Origin: Octopus vulgaris
Lineage: Eukaryota
Direction: 5' to 3'
DNA: 64,000 nt
Assembly (NCBI GenBank): GCA_951406725.2
Contig: OX597815.1
Span: 36,146,001-36,210,000, forward strand
The notes under the pieces are model-generated. The model had not been told where the DNA came from, ran no database searches, and was given only the letters and a program-made list of their open reading frames with translations. Below are positions 39,126 to 53,359 of the stretch, piece by piece (positions within the stretch are counted from its first letter, which is position 1; the number at the start of each line of letters is the position of its first letter). The position numbers and the translations under genes are program-made.

Positions 39126-40203
39126 ATCCAGCTCAAATCAATGCATTGTAAGCCACACTATAATTTGTGAAAAACATTATCTGCATGCAGGGTATGCATT
39201 GCCCCTCTGATGTCTTTTTCTTTTCCTTAATACTCTGCTGCAATAAAAAGGATATTGTTACCCTTGAATAATTTATTTTTAACAGTAGTTACTCTGTCTC
39301 TCTGCTACCCGTCAAACACCTCACCTCACCTTTTTTTTTGTTTGAGGCATTGTCTTTCCATCTTCCCTCTCTAATACATAATTTTCTTCACTTTATACCT
39401 TCTCTCTCTTAGCCTGATCTCTGCATAACACTATCACTTCCATTTCTTATTTATATATGCATCCACAGCCCAAATAACACAATAGTTATTCAATCTCAAA
39501 TGAAGGAAAAAGGACAACAATTTTGGTGTCTATACTCCCCACTTAGTCTCCTACTGACTAGCTGTTTACTAATGCAAACAATAAACTGATTCCAGAGAAA
39601 TAATAGGAAATATGTTTTTTATATGACAAACACATGGAATACTTAACACATTCCTTTTCTGTTTAGTGGTCAAACGGTCAGCATTTCAGCTAAACTTAAA
39701 ACATTTTATCAAAACAAATTCATCATGTATGAATTCAAGAGAACTTAAGCTTAAAAAAATAAGTCCTTTATATTCAAATGCCAAACTTCTTTGTTAGTGG
39801 TTCAATCTAATATGTTTTGTGCACCAATCTTATCATTTTCTGAAATTCTTGAGGCAAGTTTAATACAAATTTGCTTGCAGTTTTCCCCAAGCTAAAATAC
39901 TATATTTTAGTCCAGTATTTAGGAGGGAATTTTTTTTTTACATCTTTTTAGTTTAATTAGATTAATATGTTGAGTCCATTCAATTTTATTACTTATTTAT
40001 ACTCATAGCCAAAGGCATTGGTGTGGAGTTCAATTCATTTTGCAACTTTGGCGTTCCATATCTGATGCCACTAGATGGCACCAGGCAAGTATCTTCTATT
40101 GTAGCTCCTGGTTGAATAAGTTCCTTGTATCTTATTCTTTATATAACTTTTCAACTAGTTATCTGCTAACCTTCATATTTTTACACCTTAGTTTGAGGAA
40201 TCT

Positions 40204-40614
40204 CTCTTTTACTCTTTTACTTGTTTCAGTCATTTGACTGCGGCCATGCTGGAGCACCGCCTTTAGTCGAGCAACTCAACCCCGGGACTTATTCTTTTTG
40301 TAAGCCCAGTACTTATTCTATCGGTCTCTTTTTGCCGAACCGCTAAGTGACGGGGACGTAAACACACCAGCATCGGTTGTCAAGCAATGCTAGGGGAACA
40401 AGCACAGACACACAAACACATACATATATATATATATATACATATATATACGACTGGTTTCTTTCAGTTTCCGTCTACCAAATCTACTCACAAGGCATTG
40501 GTCGGCCCGGGGCTATAGCAGAAAACACTTGCCCAAGATGCCATGCAGTGGGACTGAACCCAGAACCATGTGGTTGGTTAGCAAGCTACTTACCACACAG
40601 CCACTCCTGCGCCT
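40204..40614 (-). mobile_element. SINE family A (young subfamily)
   Basis: Full-length reverse copy. Confidence 0.85.
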
Positions 40615-43050
40615 AATGATGATATTGCCAATGATTTTTGTTGACTCTTTCAATTGAGGAGGTCAATCTATAGATTAATTACTAAGAGTGAAAGAGTTTT
40701 AGAGAACTGCAGGCTTGGTGATAATTATAGTTTCAGATTTTGGCACAAGGCCAGCAACCCAGGGGAGTTGGGTAAGTCGATTATATCAAGTCCAGTGTTT
40801 AACTGGTACTTATTTTACTAACCCTGAATGGATGAAAAGCAAAATTGACCATGCAGAATTTTAAGGCTTGATTATAATAATGGATGTAGTTATGACCATG
40901 TAGTTTTGCAGTACTTTGTGTCGGTGTCTTCTCTCTGCATTAGCTTTGGGTCAATTGTACAGACAAAAACTGTTGAAACCCATCAAATGTACTGGTCCCT
41001 GTGTGGCAGATAAACTGTCACCTAGTTTAATAGTACCACTTGACCCTTGAGAGTTGAAACAGAGTCCAGCTTTTGCAAGCATTTTGACCAGGTATCTAAT
41101 CTGAGGACAACTTATGAGTGATTAATATTTTTTTTTTCCAAGAAGAGTATAAAAAGCTTGTAGTTGAAGTCATAATTTTCACATTTAAATAATGTAGAAG
41201 TTTTACGTATTTCACTTTTGCAGTGAAAAAAACTGATTCCACTTATCAAAGAGAAAATTTATGTGGATTAATCTAGGATTTCTTAGATATGCACTATTTT
41301 TGTTAAGGCTTAAGTCATTCTTGATCATGCAAACTTAATAAAAATACTATATCTACAACCATATTCCAGATATAGTGCATCTAAAACTATATTATCTAAA
41401 AAGTCATTTTTTTAAGATAATAGGATGTAATATGAGGGAGATTTGGTTGCTACTATTTGTAACATCATGTGACCCAAACATTTAGGAGCTACTTTGCAGA
41501 GGAGAAATAAGACTGTATGGCATAAATAATTATTTCTTAAAAAATATAACATACAACCAGAACTTGAGATTGGTTTCAGTATTTGAGTAACAAGAAACTT
41601 TCTTCATATCTATGAAACTTATATAAAAAAATATTGATTGTGAGAAATAGGATAGTAACAATGAGTATTGGAAAAAAGATCTACTGGATATTCTACAAGG
41701 TATTAAATACAAAAAAAATTATTAAAATAATGGAATTATGTTTTAATGATGGTATATCAGGTATAGGAAAATAAGATTTAAACGGGAATAGATCAGAAGT
41801 GCCTTAATAGCACAACTTGAATATTCGTGGTTGATCAATAACAGATTTGAAACAGTCATGTTTATGACGATAGAAGTAGTAGTTTCTAATATAGGTACAG
41901 GGCCACAGATTGTTGTGGGTGAGTATTGTCAAGTAAGCTAACCCTAGTACTTGATTGATACTTTATTTTATTAATCCCAGAGGGATGAAATGTAAAACTG
42001 ATGTCAGCAAGATTTGAACTCTGAACATAAAGGAATATAAATTTTTCAAGGTATTTTTCCAGCGGTATAACAATTCTGCCACTCACTTCTCTAATGACTA
42101 TCATAAAATAGTTTATCCTCTATCTCAATTCTTCTCTGAGTCATTTTCTAAAAACAGCATTTCCAATATTGTTTTAATGAATGACGTAAAATGCTTCAGT
42201 TTTATGCCAAAAGGTCTGTTGCCATTCAATGAAAATCATGCTAACTACTGTTATTATTATTACTTTTGTTTGCATTTGCTTCATTTCACATGCCAGTAAT
42301 GTCCTTGTGAAGGGTATGATGATCACAAGCACACTTCCCTACCATTACCAAATCTCTGGCTTTATAATGATGTTAGAGAGCATTATTCTAGTTACTTCTG
42401 TTTTCAAAAAAAACTAGGCAGTTGTTTAATCAACTCAACAAAAATGATATCAGATTTCAAACATATGGTTCCAAAGTTATTTTTTCTGTCATTTAATGCA
42501 GCTTGTCCCATATGAATCTATACATCTTCTGCAAGTATCTTGATCAATATATACAACCCAATTACTAACAGGTGTTTGGTTATACTTAAATAGCATTGTG
42601 AAGCCAGAGCAGATTTACAGCATGAGTTAACTAGTAATCCTAAACACAATAAAAATCAAGCTTCTATCTATAATAATGATAACGTCATATTTCAAGCTTT
42701 ATTTTTTTAACATTGAGGCATATTCACAACAGCAATAGAACTGCTTAAACGCAATGGTTGAGCATCATATAAAGTATAATACTTACAGACCTAAACAATA
42801 CAAAGTACAATACCTACAGACCTAAAGAAAGACTTGGACTCATCATTGCAAATATGAGAATAAAATTTAGTTTCTTTTCCTGCAGATTTGTAAATAAATG
42901 GAATATAAGGTGTCTCTTTTTTTTCTTTCATTGTTCTTAATGTGGGAGTAATTTGATCAAAAATTTCTTTTATTCACCTGAATTTGAACTTTTACCACAA
43001 AATTAGCAAAAATTCAAATCTTTCACTGCTCCCCTTAATTTTAAGTTATT

Positions 43051-43450
43051 AAGGTGTAAGAGTGACTGTGTGGTAAGTAGCTTGCTTACCAACTCACATG
43101 GTTCCAGATTCAGTCCCACTGTGTGGCACCTTGGGTAAGTGTCTTCTACTATAGCCTCAGGTCGACCAAAGCCATGTGAGTGGATTTGGTAGATGGAAAC
43201 TGAAAGAAGCCCATCACACACACATATATATATGTGTGTGTGTGTTTGTGTGTCTCTGTCTGTCGCCCCCACCATCATTTGACAACCGATGCTGGTGTGT
43301 TTACGTCCCCATAATATAGTGGTTCAGCAAAAGAGACAGATAGGATAAGTACAAAGCTTATAAAGAATAAGTCATGGGGTCGATTTGTTCGACTGAAGGT
43401 GGTGCTCCAGCATGGCTGCAGTCAAATGACTGAAACAAATAAAAAGGAAT
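43051..43450 (+). mobile_element. SINE family A
   Basis: Full-length copy; 5'-half copies also at about 31407-31560 and 45873-46040. Confidence 0.85.
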
Positions 43451-44390
43451 AATAAATAAAAATGATTTATGAAAAAAAGAAACATTACCAGTATTTGGCA
43501 TTAGGAAGGGCATCTAGCTTTAGAACTGGAATTTGGTCCAGCCTTGTGGGTTGCCAGATCCTGTCAAGCTGTCCAACTCATGCTAGCATGGAAAATGGAT
43601 GTTAAATGATGATGTGTCTAATGGCAAAGCATTAATTTAAAAATACACAAAAATATATATTTATTAAAATAGTCTCAGCAGTAGTAATAGATATCCTTTC
43701 TTATTTGATCTATGCTTATAATTGAATATATGTTTCTCTATTGATATCTTTATAGAATGTGTACATCTATTGAATGTGATAGAATGCTGGTGTTTGGTTC
43801 TGGTTAGCTTTACATAAGCAAACTACCACACAGAGATATCAAATCAAGTGGCATAAAGTTAGCAATGACATGACACAGGGCAGCTAATGTAATGACAGCA
43901 TTGAGGTATGGTTAAGATGTTAGCTTTACAAACCACATAGTTCTGGGCACCTTGAATAAGCGTTTTCTACTGTAGCCTCATGTTGACCAATACCTTATGT
44001 CTGGTATTTAATAGACTGACACACATACACACTCATATATAAAAGTTTGTTTGTTAATTTTACATCCATAGAGTTGGCAATTATGAGCTCCAGTTGAGTA
44101 AGGAGGGACCCTGTTAATAATATTCCCCTTTGATATCGAAGAAGTCATTTCAATGGTTCCAGAGTCTCTTGATGAAGTGAGACAAAAAAGTGGAATTTTC
44201 TATATTCCTACACTAGAGAAAGTGCATGTGTTGTGTATATCTTTCTTTAAAGTTATTAGTTGTCATGCCAGTATAGTGTTTAGTGATGTCACTGAATGGT
44301 GCCTTTGTGAGAAACTGCACATACTCCACCAGCCCAAAGTATCAATCAATAAATAGGAAGAATGATCTTATTGCTGCCACAAAAGACATG

Positions 44391-44808
44391 GGATCTTTTC
44401 GGTTTGAACGGCAGTTTTTAACATAATTTCTAGGTAACTAAAAAATTTTAAACTTCGTATACTGGTAGAATGTGTTTATAAAACATCTTTTTCTCTTGGC
44501 TTTATTGAGAAAATCCTATAGTTTGTAAGATATTTGTTGTCTTTTTCTTCAATTTCTGCAATTTCAACCAATCAATGACCGTCTATTGAGGTGAAAACAT
44601 TCTGTGCCATATGAATATGTCCCTCGTTTAAGAAACAGATTGGGTTTATTTACATTTGTAAAGAAAAAAAGATACTCTTCCCCACCCCTAACCCTAACTA
44701 ACCCTAAATTAGATTGAAATGCAATAGATTGATACTAGGGTCATAATTATGGGTGACAATTTCATATGACACCGCTAGAAAAAACTGCAGTTCAAACCGA
44801 AAAGATCC
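44391..44808. mobile_element. Second copy of the same MITE, opposite orientation
   Basis: TSD AAGACATG (44383-90, 44809-16); same TIRs; CCCTAA repeats. Confidence 0.88.
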
Positions 44809-45610
44809 AAGACATGCCCTGCTAATGAACTTCAAGTCCTTAGCCACCAATAATCTGGATATACCACCCTAAGCCAAGCTAACTCAGTCACAAAGGTAGA
44901 GTATATAATTACTGCTGCCCAAACAGACTATAGCTTACTTATGTTGGTCAAACAACCTCACTTGTAAGCTAGTACATCAAATAATTACTTCTATATAATG
45001 ACTGCTGCCACTAATGTTTTCAAATTCCACAATATGATAACTGAGTGACAGGCATCAACATTTTGCCTACCCCAACTGCAGCCATGTAGCAAAGTTTGAG
45101 CCTGTGGCGTTTGAGTATTTCAGGAATTTAACCACTAATCCAACAACAAGCAAATATTTACATTCACATGAGTTTCTGATTTATGAAAAGAATAGAAAAA
45201 CAAGTACAATGAAAAAGAAACAAAATATATGAGAATGAATTATTTTTTTACAAACTTAAATAGAAGAAAATAACAAAACTGAAAAAGTACAATATTTGAT
45301 ACAGATTTTTTTTGCATAGGCACAAAGCCTAAATGTATAGTGGGTGGAGAAAAATGAGATTGTGTAACATTTATGCTTTTCTCAAAAGCATAAACAATGT
45401 AGTGAAATGTCTGTAAGCAATAATCATGATTTGGTTTTGTTGTTTGCTGCCAGCTTTCTTGGATGTCATTACATCAAGTTAGGTAAAGGAAATATTAAAT
45501 ACAACTTTATATTAGTTTGTAGACTCAAATAAGCTGGCGTATAAGGTTTTGAAAAGTCCAACTTGGCAAAATCCATGGATAATACACATGTAAATATTAT
45601 CATAAGTCAA

Positions 45611-45724
45611 CTAACTGCTCTTCACTAAACCATCAAAATTTGGTGTGCATATTAACCTATGATTGACATGACCAAGGACTGTGAGGTCACCTTTGTCACC
45701 ATTGATTTTCACTGATACAAGGTC
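45611..45724 (-). CDS. POLR3D: RPC4 terminal coding exon
   Basis: atttacAG|GAC CTT GTA...AGT TAG; DLVSVKINGDKGDLTVLGHVNHRLICTPNFDGLVKSS*, matching the RPC4 C-terminus. Confidence 0.92.
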   Translation of the reverse strand, partial: DLVSVKINGDKGDLTVLGHVNHRLICTPNFDGLVKSS

Positions 45725-46061
45725 CTGTAAATAGAAAAGAAAGGTTTATATATGTGTGTGTATATTTATATATATATATATATAGTGGAAAATTTAAATG
45801 AAATCATTACACACTAAACAATACTAATAAAAGAGCAACCGAAACCTCACAAAAGAAAAAAAAATGAATGAGAGCAGGTGTAGCCATGTGGTAAGAAGCT
45901 CACTTCTCAATCACATGGTTCCAGGTTCAGTGCCACTGCACGGCACTTTGGGCAAGTGTCTTCTACTTTAGCCTCAAGCCAACCAAAGCCTTGTGAGTGG
46001 ATTTGGTAGATGGAAATTGAGAGAAGCCCATCGTGTGTATATATATATTTACTGACTTATA

Positions 46062-46742
46062 TCATCATCATTTAACGTCCGCTTTCCATGCTAGCATGGG
46101 TTGGACGATTGACTGAGGGCTGGTGAACCAGATGGCTGCACCAGGCTTCAATCTTGATCTGGCAGAGTTTCTACAGCTGGATGCCCTTCCTAACACCAAC
46201 CACTCCGAGAGTGTAGTGGGTGCTTTTACGTGCCAGTAAGGCGATGCTGGTAACGATCAGGCTCGAATGGTGTCTTTTACGTACCACCGGCATGGAGGCC
46301 AGATAGCTGCTCTGGCAATGATCACGCTCAGATGGTACTCTTAATACCCTACTAGCACGGGGCTCGAGTGCCAGTAAAGCGACGCTGGTAACATCACGCT
46401 CAAATGGTACCTTTTAAGTGCCACTGGCACACAAGCTGGTTACCCGCTCTGTCAATGATCACACTCGTATGGTACTCTTTGCACCCTGCTAGCACGGACG
46501 CCAGTCATCAAATTTGATTTTGATTTCACTTGCCTCAACAGGTCTTCGCAAGCAAAGTTTTAGTGTCCAAAGAAGGAAAAGGTACTCAGAGTGGTTGGCG
46601 TTAGGATGGGCATCCAGCTGTAGAAACTCTGCCAGATCAGATTGGAGCCTGGTGCAGCCATCTGGTTCGCCAGTCCTCAGTCAAATCGTCCAACCCATGC
46701 TAGCATGGAAAGCAGACGTTAAATGACGATGATGATGATGTT
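46062..46742. mobile_element. Head-to-head pair of family C repeats in the last POLR3D intron
   Basis: 46062-46208 and 46585-46735 are near reverse complements; the spacer holds about 60-bp subrepeats. Confidence 0.85.
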
Positions 46743-47796
46743 AACGGTAGAGAGCAACTATATAATTGACAACAGTAATATAATTAGAGAGTGAAAGTGA
46801 GAGGGTTGTTTTTCCCAGGCGATACTCTAATGAGGGTGGCATTTCTGTGCCTGCAGTATAAGCCAGTGGAGGGTTGGTGTCCTGGGAGAATAGGAACTCA
46901 AGGGCTGTCTTGGGAGGCACACACTCTTGCTACGCCACTGACTGACGAGTGTTTTGTGAATTTAAGATGTGAAGTTTAAAATCATCCCACAGAGATAGAT
47001 AACTAGATGCTCATTGGTGGATACATCATGGAGTCAACTAAAGGGCATGGGTTCAATTCCTGTGTATGTACTTAATTCTGCTTACCATCGTATATACTTT
47101 AAATCTGTACTTAGTGTAAAATTATAAAACTGAATTTATAAATTAATCTTTAAAAAAATTAAATTACAACTTAATATACTTTTGTGTTTTGTAATAAGAA
47201 GCATGTATATAAGTTGAAAATATTATGACAATTTTAATTTGTGGAAAAAACCCTTCTTATGTAAGTATATAAAATGGCTATAAAAAAAATAAAGAATGAC
47301 TAAGCTACAGGTAACTGGAACAATCATCAAATGTCTGTATGTAATTAGACCGGTGGATTACTAAGAATATTAAACCAATATATTAAGTTTCAACTAGAAT
47401 GTTAATTTACCAGTTCCGGTCAAACCACCTAACCCATGCCAGCATGGAAAATGGACGTTAAATGATGATGATGAATGCATGAGTGTTTATTAGAAGAAAA
47501 AGGGAACTAAAACTAAAATTATTGGGTTTTTTTTTTTGTCAGAATATTGGTTTCGAATTTTGGCACAAGGCCAGCAATTTCAAGGGAGGGATTAAAGAAA
47601 GGGTAATGACAGCTGAATCTTATGGAGGAGATGCCTGAGGATTCTACCCCAACAATCTTCTCAGGAATAGTGGGTGGAGAAAATGGATGGATGGATGGAT
47701 TTTTATTGAGAAGTATCATCAGTCTAACCAAACTAACTGTAAATAATAGTGTTTGTAAATAGTATAGAAAATAAATATAATCAATAATCTCTTTAC

Positions 47797-47952
47797 CTGA
47801 AGAAAACCACAAGGAGTGCCCATCGATATATCCAGGGTTACATTACCCAACAGAAGCTGAACCTTGCCAGACTTCCGAGTTTGAAGTTTACCAACATAGC
47901 CTTCAGAAAAATCTTTTAATGAGCTAACATTTGGGTTTTTGGGAACAGTTAC
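47797..47952 (-). CDS. POLR3D: RPC4 exon
   Basis: attttcAG|GTA ACT...CTT CAG|GTaaag; 156 nt, phase 0; LKDFSEGYVGKLQTRKSGKVQLLLGNVTLDISMGTPCGFLQ. Confidence 0.93.
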
Positions 47953-48600
47953 CTGAAAATAATTTAAAAAATAAAAACAAACTTAAATATTAGGACAGGG
48001 AAATAATTTTGGTCTCCAATAAAGTTAAGCAGAACAAGGAAGAATATAGACAGAATATCAGCATCATGGAAGGAAACAAATGTAAGAATGTTATGTCAAA
48101 TGATAATGGTATATAACTGCAAAGAAGAAAGAGATTACAAAGGAATATTGTTCTGTGAAAATCAAAGAAGAAACTGTTTTCAGAACCAGAGGAGATAAGA
48201 AATCAGATTGTATGGAGTGACTAAACAATGCAAAGAACATAGCACAAAGAAAGAAAAATGTGTTGTTGTTTAGCTTCAGGTGAGTCTTTTTCAAGCAGAC
48301 CTACGGAAGAAGATATTTAGATACTCTGTACATGAAAAAAAAAACGATAAAAAGGTGATCTGTATTATCCCTCATATTCTCCTTTCTTTTTTGAAGTTAA
48401 TAGGATGTGATTTGAAGATTTGACTGCTATTTCTAGCAGACCAAGATCCATTGTTGATTTATGGTTAAACTAACTGGCATCTAAATAAAAAATATTAACT
48501 GGAAATAATTCAGTAAAAATACACAACAATGCACTGATGGTCCTTGCACCAGCTTGGTCAGAACAAGATGGACTACTAGAAAGTAATTTCTTGTAGTGTA

Positions 48601-49841
48601 CAAGGAGTGTTCATTAAAGATTTCCTGGCCCAATTCCAGTTATTGCAGAAAACAGAACTTGTACAGGTATAATCATACATGGCTCTACTTGTCACATTGT
48701 AAATTGCAGCTTTCCACTAGTATTTGTTTGTCTTTTATGACTGCTGAAATAGACTAAGGTGTTATAATGGAGGCAGTTGAATGCCGATCAGTGATCAGGT
48801 TCTTATACTTGAAAGGTCATTCCCCAAAAAAGACTTTTGATGAGAAGAAAGAAGTTTATGGTGATGATGCACCATCACATGATGTAGTCAAGCACTGGCA
48901 TCACCAGTTCAAATGTGGTTGGACATTGGTGGAAACTGCTCCTATTCCTGGATGACCACATTCTGCCACTGATGACGACACCATCCATAAAGTGGAAGCT
49001 GCCATTTTGGAGGATTGCCACATAACTATTCAGCAACTAGCCCAAGAAGTGAAGATAAGTGTAGGGTCCATGGAAAAAAAATCATTCATCATCATTTGCA
49101 CATGCAGAAGTTGTCTGCACGATGGATTCCCCAGATGCTCACACCTTTTCAGAAGCAGAAGTGAGTTAATTGCTCCCAAGCTCTTTTGGCAATGAAAACA
49201 AGGACTTTTTTGGCAGACTTATCACACAGGATGAAACATGGGTTCATCACTATGATCCTGAGACTAAAGTCCAGTCAAAGCAATGGAAGCATGATAACTC
49301 ACTACCTCCAAAGAAGGCTCGTGTCCAACCCTCAGCAGGCAACAGTCTTATGGGACCAGCACAGAGTAGTGATGATGGATTTTCTGGCAAATGACACCAC
49401 AGAAATTGCGGGATGCCATCAAAGAAGAGAGGTGTGGCAGCTGACCAAGAAACTCTGCCTCCTTCAAGACAACGCCCCAGTTCACAATGCACATGTTGCC
49501 CAGATGAAAGCACACTCCTGCAGCTATGATATCTTTCCTCATCCCCCCTTACCCTCCCAATATTGCACCATCTGATTGCTACCTCTTTCCAACTATGAAG
49601 TCTTTTTTGAAGGGGAAGCACTTTTCAGATGATGATGAACATATTTCCAAGATAAAGTCTTGGCTACAGACACAACCTGCTAACTTGTACAGATGAAGTC
49701 TTCACAGCAGCATAAAGTGATGGGAGAAGTGTGTCACCAGCGGTGGTGGCTATGTAGAGAAGGACTAATAACTATGCCAAGTTTCATTTATCTCAGTCCT
49801 TGGGAAGTGGGTAAGGAGAAATCTTTAATGAACACCCCTCA
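48601..49841 (+). mobile_element. Near full-length decayed mariner transposon
   Basis: TIRs CAAGGAGTGTTCATTAAAGATTTC / GAAATCTTTAATGAACACCCCTCA with TA on both sides. Frameshifted transposase: RSVIRFLYLKG, WIPQML, QDETWVHHYDPETK, QDNAPVH, APSDCYLF. Confidence 0.92.
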
Positions 49842-50874
49842 TAAAACTTCATGGGAAAGAAGTAAAACCAATGAATATAGAGAGGTTTGTGTTTGGACTC
49901 TGAAAATCATTTATGCAAAATCAACTATGCAAAGAAGCAAAATTTCATCTTAGAAGATATTAACAAGATAGTCTAACCCATGCCAGGATGGAAAAAAGGT
50001 ATTAAAAAATGATGATGATGAACCCATATAGATTATTTATATAAAGAATTGTACCAGTCATTACAACACTCAATATAATTGTCTATGTTTGTATGCCTAT
50101 ATTCAAAATCAATATGTTCTGCTTTACAGATAAAACTTTTTACAAAAAACAACAGGAGAAATAATGATTTTTTAAACGAGGTCACATATGTATAGGGAGT
50201 TGGGGCTAAGTTGATTAAATCAGTTCTAGTACATGGTTGATTTTTATTTTATTGACCCTAAATAGATAAAAAAAATGTTACAACAAATTCAGGCAGGATT
50301 TGAACTCAGCACATAGAGGAATGAAACTAAATGCTGTTGTATATTAAGTAGATGATCTACTGCTTTCATAGTAATAATAAAATTAATAATGAGGACACAA
50401 CTAAATTGAAAAAAAAGTGGTACATAGTTAACATAGTAGAAAATATTGATTTAAATTTAATGAACAATAATGATTATAAGTGGCTATTGTGCATTCATGG
50501 AAATATTACACATGTTAATAGTGAATTGAAGAAAAAAATACAAATTGTTAGAAGTGACTCCCCACCTTCCAGCAACTGATATCCTCTGACTACTACTGTG
50601 TGTGCGTGCTGCACGCACACACACACATCCACCTTTATTCACACAACTTACTCTTTATTAAAATATTAATGATAAACTTAGAGTTGCATTTGACCAAAGT
50701 GTTCATCTGCCAGCCTTCAGGTTTAATAGTTATCAGTCTGTGTCTCAAGTAAAGACATTTCTCACTGGTTCATTTGCCCTACTATAAATAGGGGCCACTA
50801 TCAGACTCAGCTCATTGTTGTAAATAATGGGTGCTCCTAATAACTGACAACTACTTCATTACCCTGTAGTATCA

Positions 50875-51255
50875 GAGAAAAATAATAACTCTGAGCACCT
50901 TTTCAAACTCCACCTGTCTAACACCCGTGGACATATTTACAAAGTCAGAAAACAGCACAGCTCCCATGACTTTAGGAAACATTTTTTTCACGCTGAGAGT
51001 TGCTGAAGCATGGAACAAACTGCCGGCATCAGCTGTTAGTTGTTGGAGCACTGCATCCTTCAAAACTTCCATGCTTTCTGAGATTCGCCAACACTACACC
51101 TGATTTTCTCCCCTCCATACACACGCAAGCATGTATCTGACTCATACATTGTTCGCTTTCAAGACATTTGTACATTACTGCATATACTTTATATGCACTT
51201 TCTGACAAGTTGTAGTGCACCTGAGCACTGCATACAATAATTTCATTATTATTAT
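50875..51255 (+). mobile_element. CR1-type LINE 3' end with (ATT)n tail
   Basis: TRGH..K..RKH.FTLRVAEAWNKLP..SFK, then 3' UTR GTGCACCTGAGCACTG.ATACAATAATTTC(ATT)n. Shorter copies at about 29968, 58866-59005 (-) and 63040-63123. Confidence 0.85.
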
Positions 51256-51797
51256 AAAGCCCTGCCATGGGCTATTAGAGAAGAGATGGATTCTAACTGT
51301 ATTATTGGAATTAGACACTACAGCTAAATCCCTAATTCTTCTAAAGGTTGTAGGAGCAATCACTTACTCACATGTAAACACTTAGAGCAACAATGGTCAT
51401 GTAGTTTAATGGTACTTCAAGCATTTAGATTAATAGTTCAAATGATGGCTGTGTTCACTTTACAACCATATAGTTCTGGGTTCGATTCCACTGCACAACA
51501 CCTTGAGAAAGTGCCTTTTACAACAACCTTGTGAGTGGTGTTGGGAGATAAAATCTGTGTGGAAACCCATCATATATATGCATCTTTCAGTAAAGTAAAT
51601 CCACAAAAGATACAAACATCAACAACAAAACTAATAAACTGCTTCTTTTGAACAAAGTCTTTTGTGATATTTATTCCACCTGTTGCATAGACAATCTTGC
51701 CATTGCAAACGTAATGACCTAGTAATTGACTCATTGGAAATCCATAACTAATGGAAAGGCATCCAGCCATAGAAACTATGTCAAACCAGGCATTGGT

Positions 51798-52100
51798 GGA
51801 GGCACATGGCCTAGTGGTTAGAGCAGTGGACTCGCAGTTGAGGGATCGCAGGTTTGAATCTCAGACCGAGCGATGTGTGTGTTTATGAGCGAAACACCTA
51901 AGCTCCACATGGCTCTGACAGAAGGTAATGGCAAACTTCTGCTGACTCTTTCGCCACAACTTTCTCTCACTCTTTCCTCCTGCACCTTGCAGCTCACCTG
52001 CAACGGACCGGCATCCTGTCCAGGTGGGGAACCTATACGCCAAGGAAACCGGCCCTTATGAGCTAGGCATTGCTCAAGAAGGAACAAACAAAAAACAACA
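51798..52100 (+). mobile_element. SINE family D, tail type 3
   Basis: Same head and core; tail CTGCAACGGACCGGCATCCTGTCCA. Confidence 0.8.
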
Positions 52101-52239
52101 AAACCAAGCATTGAATCTTGGTGCAGTTCTCTTACTTGCTAGCTCCTGCCAAATCATTCAACCCATACCAGCATGGAAAATGAACATTAAATGGTGCCTC
52201 CAACAATGTATATCACCTTACTTTGGTTACAAAGTTTGA

Positions 52240-52870
52240 CTGTTGTATGTTGTCCATCTAAGCCTCATAACATATTGAAGGCACTTGAACATTTCCCGAT
52301 TGCTGCTGCAGTCACAGTTAATACAAGTGCTAGGTCTTACAATCTCTGATGACCTCTCATGGCAACATCATGTATAACACAACCAAAAACTGAATTCTGA
52401 ACATAAGACTTTCTTTTCAAGGATAAAAAATACTTCATGACTTAGTGATGATCCACCTACAAAACTCAAAGTCCACATTAAAGTACTATTTACATATATG
52501 GAATAGTGCTACTTCTATACTCATAAATGTTGACTATAATCAAAAGAAGGCCAACTGCTGCTTGACATCCTCCCATATACTACAGGCTCTATTTGCTACA
52601 TGTGCTGATTCCCCAAACAGTCTCTATTACTCCAACTACAATGACTATGGCTTCAAGCAAGTTCATACACTTTCTAATCAAGCAAATTCATGCACTTTCC
52701 ATTTGATGCACCCAACTCTACTTGATTTCCTACCTTATATGTTTTATTTCCAAGCTCTAAATACTTTACTCAGTAATTCTCTCAACATTCATTTTTCTTG
52801 CAGACAGCCACTACATTCATCTCACCAATCTGAGAGTAATTGGCAAAACTCAAGGGTATTGTCTTTACCC
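52240..52870 (+). mobile_element. Decayed CR1/Jockey-group LINE fragment
   Basis: VLGLTISDDLSWQHH; YKTQ..Y..HIWNSA. Confidence 0.55.
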
Positions 52871-53210
52871 TGATCATCATCGTTCATCGTTTAACGTCCG
52901 CTTTCCATGCTAGCATGGGTTGGACGATTTTGACTGAGGGCTGGCGAACCAGATGGTTGCACCAGGCTCCAATCTCGATCTGGCAGAGTTTCTACAGCTG
53001 GATGCCCTTCCTAACACCAACCACTCCGAGAGTGTAGTGGGTGCTTTTTACGTGCCACCGGCACGGGGGCCAGTCAGGCGGTACTGGCAACGACCTCGCT
53101 CGAATCCTTTTACACATGCCAGTAAGGCGACTTTGGTAACGATCAGTAAGGTGACTTTGGTAACAATTAACAAAATAAAAATAAAAATAAAATAAAAGCA
53201 AACAACATAC

Positions 53211-53359
53211 TTCTTCTTCAGATGTACTTTGTGAGTTGGTTTTGTTTGGGTCAGATGCTTGTAATCCCGGTTCCGTTTTTATATTAGGCATCTCTTCTAG
53301 GTTGGGTGGAACTCCTGGTAATACATCTGGTAATTGAAGGAATAGCAGCTCTCCATGTT
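53211..53359 (-). CDS. POLR3D: RPC4 exon (start of RPC4 C-terminal domain)
   Basis: ctttAG|AA CAT GGA...GAA GAA|GTatgt; 149 nt, phase 1 to 0; EHGELLFLQLPDVLPG is the RPC4 hallmark. Confidence 0.92.

Noticed and set aside
48767-49770. Functional transposase or SETMAR-like domesticated gene
   Set aside because: Multiple stops, frameshifts and a deletion; TIRs and TA flanks show it is a dead mariner.
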